A stretch of 64,000 nt of DNA, from contig JAGCUK010000023.1 in the NCBI GenBank assembly GCA_017962925.1, positions 9,005-73,004 on the forward strand, written 5' to 3'. The DNA is from Bacteroidales bacterium. Lineage in GTDB: Bacteria; Bacteroidota; Bacteroidia; Bacteroidales; UBA932. Shown here one piece after another: positions 1-9,717 of the stretch; the first letter of the stretch is position 1, and every line of letters begins with the position of its first letter. Both the position numbers and the translations under genes were made by a program. The notes under the pieces are model-generated. The model was not told the origin of the DNA and ran no database searches. It saw only the letters and a list, made by a program, of their open reading frames with translations.

Positions 1-2
1 TC

Positions 3-1643
3 GAAATCCAAGATATCGTGAAGCCCGTTTCCATCACCCCTATTTCGGGTGGTAGATACATCCTGGACATGGGTCAGAACATGGTGGGATGGTTGCAGTT
101 CCAGGCCCGCCTGAACGAGGGCGACACCCTTAAGCTCCGCTTTGCCGAGACCCTCCAGCCCGACGGCGAACTCTACACCGACAATCTCCGCGGCGCCAAG
201 GTGAGGGATATCTACATAGCGAAAAACAGCAAACCCGTGGTCTGGCATCCCACATTCACCTACCACGGTTTCCGTTTCGTGGAGATAAGCGGCCTGCACA
301 GTGCTCCGAAACTCGGCGACTTCGAAGGCCAGGTCTTCTACGACAAGATGGTCACGACAGGGCACTTCTCCTGCTCGAACCCCGTGATGAACCAGGTTTA
401 CAAAAACGCATACTGGGGCATTCGCGGCAACTACCGGGGCATGCCCACCGATTGCCCGCAGCGCGACGAGCGCATGGGTTGGCTGGGCGACCGTTCCACC
501 GGATGCCGCGGCGAGAGCTATATCTTCGACAATCACGCCCTCTACCGTAAGTGGCTGGACGATATCGCCACCGAGCAGAACGAGGAGGGGCAGGTGCCGG
601 ACATCGCCCCCAACTTCTACACCATCCGCTCCGACAACATGACCTGGCCCGGCACCTTCATCGAGGCCGCGGACATGCTCTACCGCCGTTTCGGAGACAG
701 GGACGTGATAGTAAAGCACTATCCCGGCATGAAGAAGTGGATGGCCTATATGAAGGGAAAGTGGATGGTGGATGGCATCATGACCAAGGATACCTACGGC
801 GACTGGTGCATGCCGCCGGAATCCCCGGAAGTCATCAATTCCAAGGATCCGTCCCGCATCACCGCGGCGGCAGTTATCTCCACCGCCTATTATGTCCGCT
901 ACTGCAAGATGCTGCAGGCTCTTGCGCCCGTGGCGGGATTCCCGGAGGATGTTGAATTCTTCGCAGCCGAGGCAGCGGCCAGCACCGACGCCTTCAACCG
1001 CAAATTCTATAACGCTGAAGGCGGATACTACGACAACAACACCGTCACTGCCAACCTCCTTGCCCTTTGGAACGGCCTGGTGCCCGCCGGCGACGAGCAG
1101 AAGGTGTTCGCATCCCTCGTAGATAAGACCGAGAACGAATTGGGCGGCCACGTGAGTTGCGGGGTGATCGGAATCCAGATCCTCATGCGCACCCTCACCG
1201 AGTTCGGCCGTCCTGATCTTGCTCTGAAGATCGCCACCGACACTACCTATCCTTCTTGGGGATATATGGTGGAACACGGAGCGACCACTATCTGGGAGCT
1301 TTGGAACGGAGACACCGCGAATCCGGCGATGAATTCCGGCAACCACGTGATGCTCCTGGGCGACCTTATCCTCTGGGAATACGAGTATCTGGCCGGCATC
1401 CGGCCGCTCAAACCGGGCTACGAGGAAATCGAACTCCGGCCTACCCCGATCGAAGGTCTGGACTACGTGGACTGCAGCTATGAATCCGTCCGCGGGCGCA
1501 TAGTCAGTTCCTGGAAGGTCGAAAACGGCGTCTTCAAGTGGAATATCGAAGTCCCGGATGGGGTCCGGGCCGAAGTATGGCTGCCCGGTGCCGAAGAGCC
1601 TGAGGTAGTTGTGGGCGGAAAGCACAAGCTTGAAAGACACTGA
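3..1643 (+). CDS. Alpha-L-rhamnosidase (GH78), 5'-truncated by window edge
   Basis: Frame open from window start; DMGQNMVGW, FTYHGFRFVE, PTDCPQRDERMGWLGD, GATTIWELW and MNSGNH are GH78 motifs. Confidence 0.93.
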   Translation, partial: EIQDIVKPVSITPISGGRYILDMGQNMVGWLQFQARLNEGDTLKLRFAETLQPDGELYTDNLRGAKVRDIYIAKNSKPVVWHPTFTYHGFRFVEISGLHSAPKLGDFEGQVFYDKMVTTGHFSCSNPVMNQVYKNAYWGIRGNYRGMPTDCPQRDERMGWLGDRSTGCRGESYIFDNHALYRKWLDDIATEQNEEGQVPDIAPNFYTIRSDNMTWPGTFIEAADMLYRRFGDRDVIVKHYPGMKKWMAYMKGKWMVDGIMTKDTYGDWCMPPESPEVINSKDPSRITAAAVISTAYYVRYCKMLQALAPVAGFPEDVEFFAAEAAASTDAFNRKFYNAEGGYYDNNTVTANLLALWNGLVPAGDEQKVFASLVDKTENELGGHVSCGVIGIQILMRTLTEFGRPDLALKIATDTTYPSWGYMVEHGATTIWELWNGDTANPAMNSGNHVMLLGDLILWEYEYLAGIRPLKPGYEEIELRPTPIEGLDYVDCSYESVRGRIVSSWKVENGVFKWNIEVPDGVRAEVWLPGAEEPEVVVGGKHKLERH

Positions 1644-1652
1644 ATTAATTTG

Positions 1653-1660
1653 TAACTTTG
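1653..1660 (+). promoter_or_regulatory. Bacteroidetes -7 promoter element TAACTTTG
   Basis: Matches TAnnTTTG; ATG 1668 follows after 7 nt. Confidence 0.65.
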
Positions 1661-1667
1661 TGAGGTT

Positions 1668-2402
1668 ATGTGGATTATACTCGCTGCAGCCATTGTGCCG
1701 GGAATACTGCTGCTGTACTACGTTTACAGCAAGGATTTCAACCCCGAGCCAAAACGCATGATCTACAAAGGCTTCTTCTATGGTTGCCTTTCCGTGTTCG
1801 CGTCGACGCTGATATCCGGCCCCCTGATGAAACTGGGCCTTTTCGTCAATCAGCCCTCTTCCTTTGCTGAAGCCCTCCAGACATCCTTCTTCGGGGCGGC
1901 AATCCCGGAGGAATCCGCCAAGTTGCTGATGCTCTGGCTGTTGCTGCGTCACAGCCCGGAGTTCGACGAGCGCTTCGACGGTATGGTCTATGCCGCAGCG
2001 GTCGGCCTTGGCTTTGCCTGCCTCGAGAATCTGATGTACGTGGTCTCGGCCGGGGCCGGATGGTTCCAGGTCAGCGTCACCCGCGCGATTTTCGCAGTCC
2101 CCGGGCACTTCGCATTCGCCATAGTGATGGGCTATTATTTCTCCCGCAACCACTTCGATTCCCGAAAGATAACGGAATTCGACCGCATCAAGGTCTGGCT
2201 CTTCCCCGTGCTGCTGCATGGCATCTACGACACGCTGGCCTTCTCCGCCGAACTCTCCCCGGCATATTCCGGACTTATAACAATACTCCTTATCTGGTTC
2301 TGCTACCGCCTCTTCAAATCCACCCGGGACCGCATCCTGCGGGAGGCGGAACAAAACCGGCAGCAATCCATACATAACATCGACGACCAATACAACCAAT
2401 GA
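1668..2402 (+). CDS. prsW: PrsW-family intramembrane glutamic protease
   Basis: Multi-TM protein with PEESAK, GFACLEN, VPGH and LLHGIYD motifs. Confidence 0.88.
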   Translation: MWIILAAAIVPGILLLYYVYSKDFNPEPKRMIYKGFFYGCLSVFASTLISGPLMKLGLFVNQPSSFAEALQTSFFGAAIPEESAKLLMLWLLLRHSPEFDERFDGMVYAAAVGLGFACLENLMYVVSAGAGWFQVSVTRAIFAVPGHFAFAIVMGYYFSRNHFDSRKITEFDRIKVWLFPVLLHGIYDTLAFSAELSPAYSGLITILLIWFCYRLFKSTRDRILREAEQNRQQSIHNIDDQYNQ

Positions 2403-3184
2403 AAAGGCTACTGATACTGGCGCTGACGCTGCTGGCCGTACTGCCGGCATCGGCGCAAAAATACAAGCACGACCGCGGCATTTCCTACCGCGACGAAGAG
2501 CTTTCCCCCCGTTGCAGGCTGGATGTCAGCTATGTGAAGAAGGCGGAGGACCGCCCGGTGATCGTCTGGTTCCATGGCGGAGGCCTGACCGGTGGACAAA
2601 AACATACGCCGCAGGAGCTTCTGGCCAAAGATTATGTAGTGGTGGCTGCCGGATACCGTCTCTATCCCGAAGCACAGGTTAGCGAGATTATCGACGATGC
2701 CGCCGCGGCTGTCGCCTGGGTTGTGAAGAACATCTCGAAGTATGGCGGATCCCCGGATAAAATATACCTTGCAGGCCACTCTGCGGGCGGATATCTGGTC
2801 GCCATGCTGGGTCTCGACAAGCACTGGCTCGCCAAATACGGGGTAGATGCCGACAGGATGGCTGCCATCGTGCCTTACAGCGGGCAGATGATCACTCACT
2901 TTACCGAGCGTGCCGCCCGCGGCATACCGGCCACCCGGCCCGTGATCGACGAACTCGCGCCCCTTTATCATGTACGTCCCGACGCGCCGCCTTTCCTTGT
3001 GATCACCGGCGGCCGCGACATAGAACTCTACCGCCGATACGAAGAGAATGCATATTTCGTGGAGATGATGAAACTCGTCGGCCATAAGGATATCGTCTTT
3101 TGCGAAGAAGACGGCTTCGACCATGGCGGGATGGCAGCACCCGCGCATCTGCTGCTGCTGAAATACATAGCCGGAAAGAAATGA
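2399..3184 (+). CDS. Secreted alpha/beta hydrolase (esterase/lipase)
   Basis: Signal peptide, HGGG oxyanion loop, GHSAGG nucleophile; ATGA overlap with prsW. Confidence 0.88.
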   Translation: MKRLLILALTLLAVLPASAQKYKHDRGISYRDEELSPRCRLDVSYVKKAEDRPVIVWFHGGGLTGGQKHTPQELLAKDYVVVAAGYRLYPEAQVSEIIDDAAAAVAWVVKNISKYGGSPDKIYLAGHSAGGYLVAMLGLDKHWLAKYGVDADRMAAIVPYSGQMITHFTERAARGIPATRPVIDELAPLYHVRPDAPPFLVITGGRDIELYRRYEENAYFVEMMKLVGHKDIVFCEEDGFDHGGMAAPAHLLLLKYIAGKK

Positions 3185-4035
3185 AAAAGTTTGCTCTCGC
3201 AGCCTTGATGGCGCTTGCGTTCCTGCCCCTTCGCGCAGGGAAGATAGTCACCGATTCCCTCTACAGCAAAGTGCTGAAAGAGACGGTGGTGTTCAATGTA
3301 TATCTGCCGGACGGTTTCGAAAAGTCCAAGGCCAGTTATCCCGTGGTTTATCTCCTGCATGGGCTCAGCGACAACTATACCGCCTGGGAAAAACGCGGCC
3401 GCATGCAGACAGTGACCGACGAGCTTACTCGCTCCGGAGAGATCGTGCCCATGGTGGTGATCATGCCAAATGCGGGCGGCCCCGATGTGCACAACACCTG
3501 GAACGGTTATTTCAACATGTCCGGCTGGAATTATGAAGATTTCTTCTTCGGAGAGCTGCTGCCCTGCGTCGAAAAGAAATACCGCTGTGGCGGAAGCAAG
3601 GGCCGCCGTGCAGTCATGGGCCTTTCCATGGGCGGTGGCGGAAGTGCGGTCTACGCACAGAGGCACCCGGACATGTTCTCCAGCTGCTATGCAATGAGCG
3701 CCTGGCTCGACAACAAGAACGACGAACTCAAGCATAAGGTGGGTGAGATAGATAAGCTCTACTATGTGCGTGAAGCGGTCAAGGAACATTCCGCGCTGGA
3801 TTTCCTGGACAATGCCGACGAGGCGACCCTCGGGAAGCTGCGCACCGTGGCCTGGTTCATCGATTGCGGCGACGACGACTTCCTCCTCCATCTGAATTAC
3901 GAATTCCATATGAAAATGCGCAAGGCAGGCGTGCACAGCGAACTCCGCGTCCGCAACGGCGTGCACAATTGGGAATACTGGCACCTCGCCCTGCGTCTAT
4001 CGCTTCCTTTCGCCTCCAGAAACTTCGACAGATAA
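3181..4035 (+). CDS. Putative esterase (CE1-like)
   Basis: Start reassigned to ATG 3181; YPVVYLLHG, GLSMGG, GVHNWEYW. Confidence 0.87.
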   Translation: MKKFALAALMALAFLPLRAGKIVTDSLYSKVLKETVVFNVYLPDGFEKSKASYPVVYLLHGLSDNYTAWEKRGRMQTVTDELTRSGEIVPMVVIMPNAGGPDVHNTWNGYFNMSGWNYEDFFFGELLPCVEKKYRCGGSKGRRAVMGLSMGGGGSAVYAQRHPDMFSSCYAMSAWLDNKNDELKHKVGEIDKLYYVREAVKEHSALDFLDNADEATLGKLRTVAWFIDCGDDDFLLHLNYEFHMKMRKAGVHSELRVRNGVHNWEYWHLALRLSLPFASRNFDR

Positions 4036-4037
4036 AC

Positions 4038-4958
4038 ATGAAAAAGAACTTCATCTACCTGATGCTTGCCCTGGCCGTGGCTTGCGGCAAAAAGGACGAA
4101 CCCACCCCGGAGCCCACGCCCGAGCCGGAGCCCGTCATCGCCAAGATAAACGTTGGATCCTTCAATATCCGCCTGGATACCAGTTCGGACACTGGAACCA
4201 AGGATTGGCAGGCCCGCAAGGCAAATTGCGCAGCGCTGATAAAAGAACATAAGTTCGATGTATTCGGAATGCAGGAAGTCCTTTCCAATCAGCAGGCGGA
4301 CCTGAAAGCCCTCCTTCCGGAATATGGATTCTATTTTGTGGGAAGGGACACTGGCACGGCGGGAGAAGCAGTCGGAGTGGGTTATGACAAAGAAAAGTTC
4401 GAGATCGAGGAATGGTCCAGGTTTTGGCTTTCCGACACTCCTGACAAACCTTCGGGCTCCCTCAATTGGGACGGAATGTCCCGCCACAGAGTCGCCGCAT
4501 GGGTGCTGTTGAGGCACAAGGAGAGCGGCAAGGAATTCTATTTCCTCGCTACCCACCTCGAAGTCAACAACAACGGCGTCAGCTATGCAGGCGTACGTGC
4601 CAAATCCGCGGCGCTGATTATCGAAAGGATGAATGCCGAGAATTCTTATAACCTGCCGCTTTTCGTGGTGGGCGACATGAATCCCGCCGCAGCAAACGAA
4701 GAGGCGCTCGAGACTTTCCGCGCAGCCTATAGCGATGCGTATGGAGTGGCCACGGCAGATGGCACCAGAGAGGGCCCCAAGGCCACTTTCCAGAACTTCG
4801 ATACGTCCCGGGATCTGGATAAGGCCAGCTCCTACCCTGCCGATTATATTTTCTACAAGGGGGATATCAAACTCAACAAGTTCGTCGCCCTGACCGACAA
4901 ATACGACAACTGTTACCCCTCAGACCATCTCCCCGTGATGGCAGAAGTCGAATTCTAA
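4038..4958 (+). CDS. Endonuclease/exonuclease/phosphatase-family lipoprotein
   Basis: Start ATG 4038; lipobox AVAC, PE/PT linker, SFNIR, GMQEV, GDMN, PSDHLPV. Confidence 0.87.
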   Translation: MKKNFIYLMLALAVACGKKDEPTPEPTPEPEPVIAKINVGSFNIRLDTSSDTGTKDWQARKANCAALIKEHKFDVFGMQEVLSNQQADLKALLPEYGFYFVGRDTGTAGEAVGVGYDKEKFEIEEWSRFWLSDTPDKPSGSLNWDGMSRHRVAAWVLLRHKESGKEFYFLATHLEVNNNGVSYAGVRAKSAALIIERMNAENSYNLPLFVVGDMNPAAANEEALETFRAAYSDAYGVATADGTREGPKATFQNFDTSRDLDKASSYPADYIFYKGDIKLNKFVALTDKYDNCYPSDHLPVMAEVEF

Positions 4959-4971
4959 AAACCACACAATA

Positions 4972-5886
4972 ATGAAACTGTACAAGACACTACTCCTGGC
5001 CCTTGCCGTTCTGGCATCGGCAGCCTGCGGCCCGAAATATGCCAACAAGGCCGAAAAGGTCGTTGCAGAACTGCACAACCCCAACTCAAAGTACGTGGTC
5101 GTGGTCGCCCACCGCGGAGACTGGCGCAACTATCCCGAGAACTCCATCCCCGCTATCGAATCCGCCATCCGTATGGGTGTGGACATCGTGGAAATCGACC
5201 TCAAGATGACCAGCGACAGCGTGCTGGTGCTCAGCCATGACGGCACCGCCAACCGCACCACTACCGGAAAGGGCCCCATCTCCACCATGACTCTCGATTC
5301 CCTGAAGAAGTTCAACCTTCGTTATGCTCACGGGGTGAAGTCTCCTCATAAGATGCCCACCCTCAGGGAGGCCCTCGAGGTCTGTAAAGACCGCATCTGC
5401 GTGAACATCGACCAGGGATATCAGTACTACGATCAGGTTATCGCCATCACCGAGGAACTCGGAGTGACCGACCAGATCCTCATCAAGGGTAAGAAAACCC
5501 TGGCGGAAGTGAGTGCGAAAACGGCCGAGTACGAGCACAATATGATGTACATGCCCATCATAGATATCCTCTATCCTAAAGGAGCCGACCTCTTCAATCA
5601 GTACATGGAAGCCGGAGAAGTGCCGCTCGCATACGAAGTCTGCTTCGCCGAGCTGAACGACACCGCCCGCGATTGCTGCAAGAAGGTCATTGAAACCGGT
5701 TCCAAACTCTGGGTCAATACCCTCTGGGCTTCGCTCAACGGAGGCTATGACGACAACGCCGCCTTCGAGGCAAAAGATCCCGCAGAGATCTACGACGTAA
5801 TCCTCGACCTCGGCACCTCCATCATCCAGACCGACAGGCCCGAGATGCTCATCAAATACCTCGAAAAGAAAGGTCGCCGTAAATAG
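4972..5886 (+). CDS. Glycerophosphodiester phosphodiesterase lipoprotein
   Basis: AHRG, PENS, VEIDL, HDGT and IQTDRP motifs. Confidence 0.9.
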   Translation: MKLYKTLLLALAVLASAACGPKYANKAEKVVAELHNPNSKYVVVVAHRGDWRNYPENSIPAIESAIRMGVDIVEIDLKMTSDSVLVLSHDGTANRTTTGKGPISTMTLDSLKKFNLRYAHGVKSPHKMPTLREALEVCKDRICVNIDQGYQYYDQVIAITEELGVTDQILIKGKKTLAEVSAKTAEYEHNMMYMPIIDILYPKGADLFNQYMEAGEVPLAYEVCFAELNDTARDCCKKVIETGSKLWVNTLWASLNGGYDDNAAFEAKDPAEIYDVILDLGTSIIQTDRPEMLIKYLEKKGRRK

Positions 5887-5888
5887 CC

Positions 5889-7229
5889 CTATTTACAGAG
5901 CATTATATCCAGGATCATGGAGTCCGCGGTTTTCATGCCGGAGGAACCTATGGCCCCGAGGTTGCGTATCGTCTTTTCCACGTCGTCGTCGATGATGCCG
6001 TCGGTGGAGGGGATGCAGGTGCCGCGCATGGCCAGCACGGCCGATTGCACCGCGCAGGAGACGCCGGAGGCCACTTTCATCGCGCAGCCCACCTTGGCGC
6101 CGTCGCAGAGCATTCCGGTGATGTTGCCCGCCATGTTCTTGATGGCGGAGCAGACCTGCTCGTAGCTGCCCCCCTGGAGCCATACGATGCCGCAAGCGGA
6201 GCCGGTGGAGGCCACCACGCAGCCGCAAAGGGCGGATAGCTTACCCAGAAAACTCTTTATGTGGATGGCAATCAGGTTGCTGAGGATCAGCGCCCGAGCC
6301 AGCCGCTCGTCATCCACGCCGTATTTGATGGCATAGGCGATTACCGGCATGCTGACGGTGATTCCCTGGTTGCCGCTGCCGCTATTGGACATCGCCGGAA
6401 GGGTGGATCCCGCCATACGGGCATCCGAGGCCGCCGCGGTCATCCCCATCGCCATACTCATAAAGTCATCCCCGAACACCTCGGCCTGGTTCTCGCGTAT
6501 GGCCTTGCCCACTTTGAGGCCGTAATCGCCCTTCAGTCCCTCTTCGGCAAGGGCCAGGTTGAGTTTGCGGTCATCCAGGATGAACGCGATATCTTCGAAA
6601 GGCACGCTGCTTGCGAAATCGTAAATCTCCCGCACGCTCAGGCCGTAATCATCGTTCTCGCGATCCGCAACGGCCGCTCCCGACTCGGAACTCACCAAGA
6701 TCTTATCCGCAAAGCTGGTCTCCACGATGCGGTCGTGGTCATCCTCAATCACCGCATATGCGTGAGGATCCACCTCCGCGCTGGCTTCCGCCTTTCCATC
6801 CATCGACACCGTTGCCTTCACATACAGCAGGCGCTCGGTGTCCGCTACGCTGATGCGCACCCGCCCGCCGGCCACCAGTTCCTTGGCGCGGGCGACACCG
6901 GCCTGATTCAGCGCGGCCAGCACCTCCAGCCCGCGGGCAGAGTCTCCGCAGACGGCCCCGAGGGCCGCAGCCACCGGCAAACCGACCATCCCGGTGCCGG
7001 GAATTCCTACGCCCATCCCGTTCTTGAGGATGTTCCCGCTCACTGCCACATCGATGCTGAAATCTGCTTTCAGCCTCCAGCCCTCCGGGCAGATGCAGGG
7101 GCAGTTGTCGGTGATGATTTCCACCGCTTTGGCCACGGCCAGAGCCACGGCAATAGGTTCGGTGCAGCCCAGCGCAGGCTTCACTTCGCGGTGGATAATG
7201 TCGATGATTTGCGTCTTGCGGTCTTTCAT
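5889..7229 (-). CDS. Serine dehydratase alpha-like / L-cysteine desulfidase (YhaM/CdsB family)
   Basis: ALGCTEP, SDARMAG, SGSGNQG, GMLCDGAK.GCA.K. Confidence 0.88.
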   Translation of the reverse strand: MKDRKTQIIDIIHREVKPALGCTEPIAVALAVAKAVEIITDNCPCICPEGWRLKADFSIDVAVSGNILKNGMGVGIPGTGMVGLPVAAALGAVCGDSARGLEVLAALNQAGVARAKELVAGGRVRISVADTERLLYVKATVSMDGKAEASAEVDPHAYAVIEDDHDRIVETSFADKILVSSESGAAVADRENDDYGLSVREIYDFASSVPFEDIAFILDDRKLNLALAEEGLKGDYGLKVGKAIRENQAEVFGDDFMSMAMGMTAAASDARMAGSTLPAMSNSGSGNQGITVSMPVIAYAIKYGVDDERLARALILSNLIAIHIKSFLGKLSALCGCVVASTGSACGIVWLQGGSYEQVCSAIKNMAGNITGMLCDGAKVGCAMKVASGVSCAVQSAVLAMRGTCIPSTDGIIDDDVEKTIRNLGAIGSSGMKTADSMILDIMLCK

Positions 7230-7235
7230 TGCTTA

Positions 7236-7264
7236 CAAATATAATGAGAAAAATCCTAAATTTG
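7236..7264. promoter_or_regulatory. Back-to-back divergent -7 promoter elements
   Basis: CAAATATA 7236-7243 (TATATTTG on the - strand) and TAAATTTG 7257-7264 in a 40-bp gap. Confidence 0.65.
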
Positions 7265-7269
7265 TGGTT

Positions 7270-8676
7270 ATGAAGAAACTGCTTGTACTGGCATCAGCCG
7301 CAATCCTCGCCTGCCAATGCGGAAGGGCGCAGGAGTATGTTTCGGCGCGTCCCGCTCCGGAAGAGCGCTGTTTTAGCTCCGAGGCCGTGGATAAGACGGT
7401 CGCGGAAGTCTGCGCCGCAATCGCCGATCCGAAACTCGCCTGGATGTTCGCGAACTGCTTCCCCAACACCATAGATACGACGGTAGAGTATTCCGAGGCC
7501 TCCGACGGTACCCCGGACACCTTTGTCATCACCGGGGACATCCACGCCATGTGGCTGAGGGATTCCGGTGCCCAGGTCTGGCCCTATCTGCGGCTAGCGG
7601 CGCAAGATGAGGCCCTCCGGAAGATGATTGCGGGCGTGCTGCTGCGGCAGTTCAAATGCATCGCTATCGACCCCTACGCGAACGCCTTCAACAAAGGCCC
7701 CACCGGCAGTGCCTGGGCCAGCGACCACACGCAGATGAACGATTGGCTGCATGAGCGCAAGTGGGAGGTGGATTCTCCCTGCTACGTGCTCCGGCTGGCG
7801 TATGGCTACTGGAAGGCTACGGGGGATGAGACCGTGTTCGGAAAGAGCTGGAAGGAGGCGGTGAAGGCAGTGCTGCGGACCTTCCGCGAGCAGCAGCGTT
7901 ACGATGGCCCCGGGCCCTACCGTTTCTCGCGCAATACCGACCGCGCCTTCGACACCAAGGGCTGGGACGGACGCGGCGCTCCGGTGAAGCCTTGCGGGCT
8001 GATAGCATCCTCTTTCCGCCCTTCGGACGATGCCACGGTGCTGGAGTTTCTCGTGCCATCCAACTTCTTTGCAGTCAGCACCTTACGCAAGGCGGCAGAG
8101 ATAATGGAAACGGTGTGCCGCGAGCGCAAGATGGCCCGTGAATGCAGGGAGCTGGCGGATGAGGTGGATGCGGCGCTGCGCAAATATGCGGTGGTGGAGC
8201 ACCCGGACTTCGGCCGCATCTACGCCTATGAGGTGGATGGTTTCGGCGGAGCGATGCTGATGGATGATGCCAACGTGCCCAACCTGCTGTCGCTGCCCTA
8301 CCTGGAGTGCGTTCCGGTGGATGACCCCGTGTGGCAGAATACCCGCCGTTTCGTGCTCAGCGAGAGCAACCCCTGCTTCTTCTCCGGCAAGGCGGGAGAG
8401 GGCGTAGGAGGCCCCCATGTGGGTTTGGGATGGATCTGGCCGATGAGCATAATCATGCGCGCGCTGACATCTTCCGACGATGCGGAAATCGCCTCCTGCT
8501 TGCGCATGCTGCTGGCCACCGATGCCGGCACCGGTTTCATGCACGAGGCCTTCTGGAAGGATGATGCCGGCCGCTTCACCCGCAGTTGGTTCGCCTGGGC
8601 GAACACCCTCTTCGGGGAACTCGTCCTGAATCTCTATGAGAGCAAAAGTCCCCTACTTGCAGAGTCGTTTCAGTAG
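7270..8676 (+). CDS. GH125 exo-alpha-1,6-mannosidase
   Basis: Start ATG 7270; ITGDIHAMWLRDS, ERKWEVDS, FRPSDD, MDDANVP, WFAWAN. Confidence 0.92.
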   Translation: MKKLLVLASAAILACQCGRAQEYVSARPAPEERCFSSEAVDKTVAEVCAAIADPKLAWMFANCFPNTIDTTVEYSEASDGTPDTFVITGDIHAMWLRDSGAQVWPYLRLAAQDEALRKMIAGVLLRQFKCIAIDPYANAFNKGPTGSAWASDHTQMNDWLHERKWEVDSPCYVLRLAYGYWKATGDETVFGKSWKEAVKAVLRTFREQQRYDGPGPYRFSRNTDRAFDTKGWDGRGAPVKPCGLIASSFRPSDDATVLEFLVPSNFFAVSTLRKAAEIMETVCRERKMARECRELADEVDAALRKYAVVEHPDFGRIYAYEVDGFGGAMLMDDANVPNLLSLPYLECVPVDDPVWQNTRRFVLSESNPCFFSGKAGEGVGGPHVGLGWIWPMSIIMRALTSSDDAEIASCLRMLLATDAGTGFMHEAFWKDDAGRFTRSWFAWANTLFGELVLNLYESKSPLLAESFQ

Positions 8677-9717
8677 GGGATAAAGCACTTTTGAATAGCG
8701 CAGAGCGCCCAGGTCGGTCTGGTGAGTATAATCCACCGTGGCCTCGCCGTCGGTGCCTATGAGTTTCTCACCGGAAACAAAGTAAACCTTTTTGTCGCCA
8801 GCAGCCGCAAGTTGCTTGTAGAGTTCTTTCTGGGCTGCGTTCCTGTCCTCCACATCCTGGTACGACTTCCCGCTCACCGAATCATGCGAGTAGTGTGCCA
8901 TCCCTACGAACACGATGGGCACATCCGGGTGCGCGGCGCGCAGGATCTTCACGAAATCCATCCCCTTTTCGCGTATCAGTTCCGGGGAGTCGTTGGGCAC
9001 ATTGTCCATCACGAAGACGGCCGGGTTTTCCACGCGGGCCATCAGTTCCGCCATCTCCGGATCGAGTTTGGCGTTGCCGCTGAAGCCGAAGTTTACCACC
9101 TCGCGGTCCAGCCAGCGGCCGAGTATGTTGGTGGCGGCCATACCGGGGCGGCAGACGCATCCTCCCTGGAGAATGCTGGTGCCGTACATCACCACCGGCG
9201 CGTCGCGCTTCTCCACCGTCGAGGGCTCGAAGGATGCCCCCTCCTCGGTGCCTATCTCCAGTTTGGAGATGCCGTCGTAGAGAGATAGATACAAGCGGTA
9301 CTCCTTGACTCCGGGATCCACATCCTTCAAAATGCGGCGGGTGGTTTCGTTGTAGTCCAAAGCAGGAAGGGCGCTCCCTACGAAACGCCAGCCCTTATCC
9401 TGTTTAACGTAAAGATCCACTCCGCGGGATCCTACCGATGCCATGTGGGACATGGTCAGTTTCTTGACCGAACTCCAGCGCACGTGCACCTTTGGGGAAT
9501 CGGTGCTGAACTGCACGTAGAGTCCAGCGGCATCCTGGCCCAGATATTTCAAATCTTTGCGAGCCTTTGCGTTGATATCTTCCGGGAAGCGGACATAATG
9601 GCCGTAGGTGTCTTCCACAGCCTTGCCGAAAACATGCATATCCGCCGCATCGTGCCAGACCTGGGCGTTTGCCTGCAGGCTGCAGAAAACAGCTAAAAGG
9701 ATAAAGACTCTTTTCAT
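8653..9717 (-). CDS. SGNH/GDSL hydrolase with GxDLY N-terminal domain
   Basis: GVDLY, YGTSI.QG, NFGFSGNA, DYTH. Confidence 0.88.
   Translation of the reverse strand: MKRVFILLAVFCSLQANAQVWHDAADMHVFGKAVEDTYGHYVRFPEDINAKARKDLKYLGQDAAGLYVQFSTDSPKVHVRWSSVKKLTMSHMASVGSRGVDLYVKQDKGWRFVGSALPALDYNETTRRILKDVDPGVKEYRLYLSLYDGISKLEIGTEEGASFEPSTVEKRDAPVVMYGTSILQGGCVCRPGMAATNILGRWLDREVVNFGFSGNAKLDPEMAELMARVENPAVFVMDNVPNDSPELIREKGMDFVKILRAAHPDVPIVFVGMAHYSHDSVSGKSYQDVEDRNAAQKELYKQLAAAGDKKVYFVSGEKLIGTDGEATVDYTHQTDLGALRYSKVLYPLLKRLCK

Noticed and set aside
4078-4135. Short tandem repeat encoding EPTPEPTPEPEP
   Set aside because: Ordinary Pro/Glu lipoprotein linker
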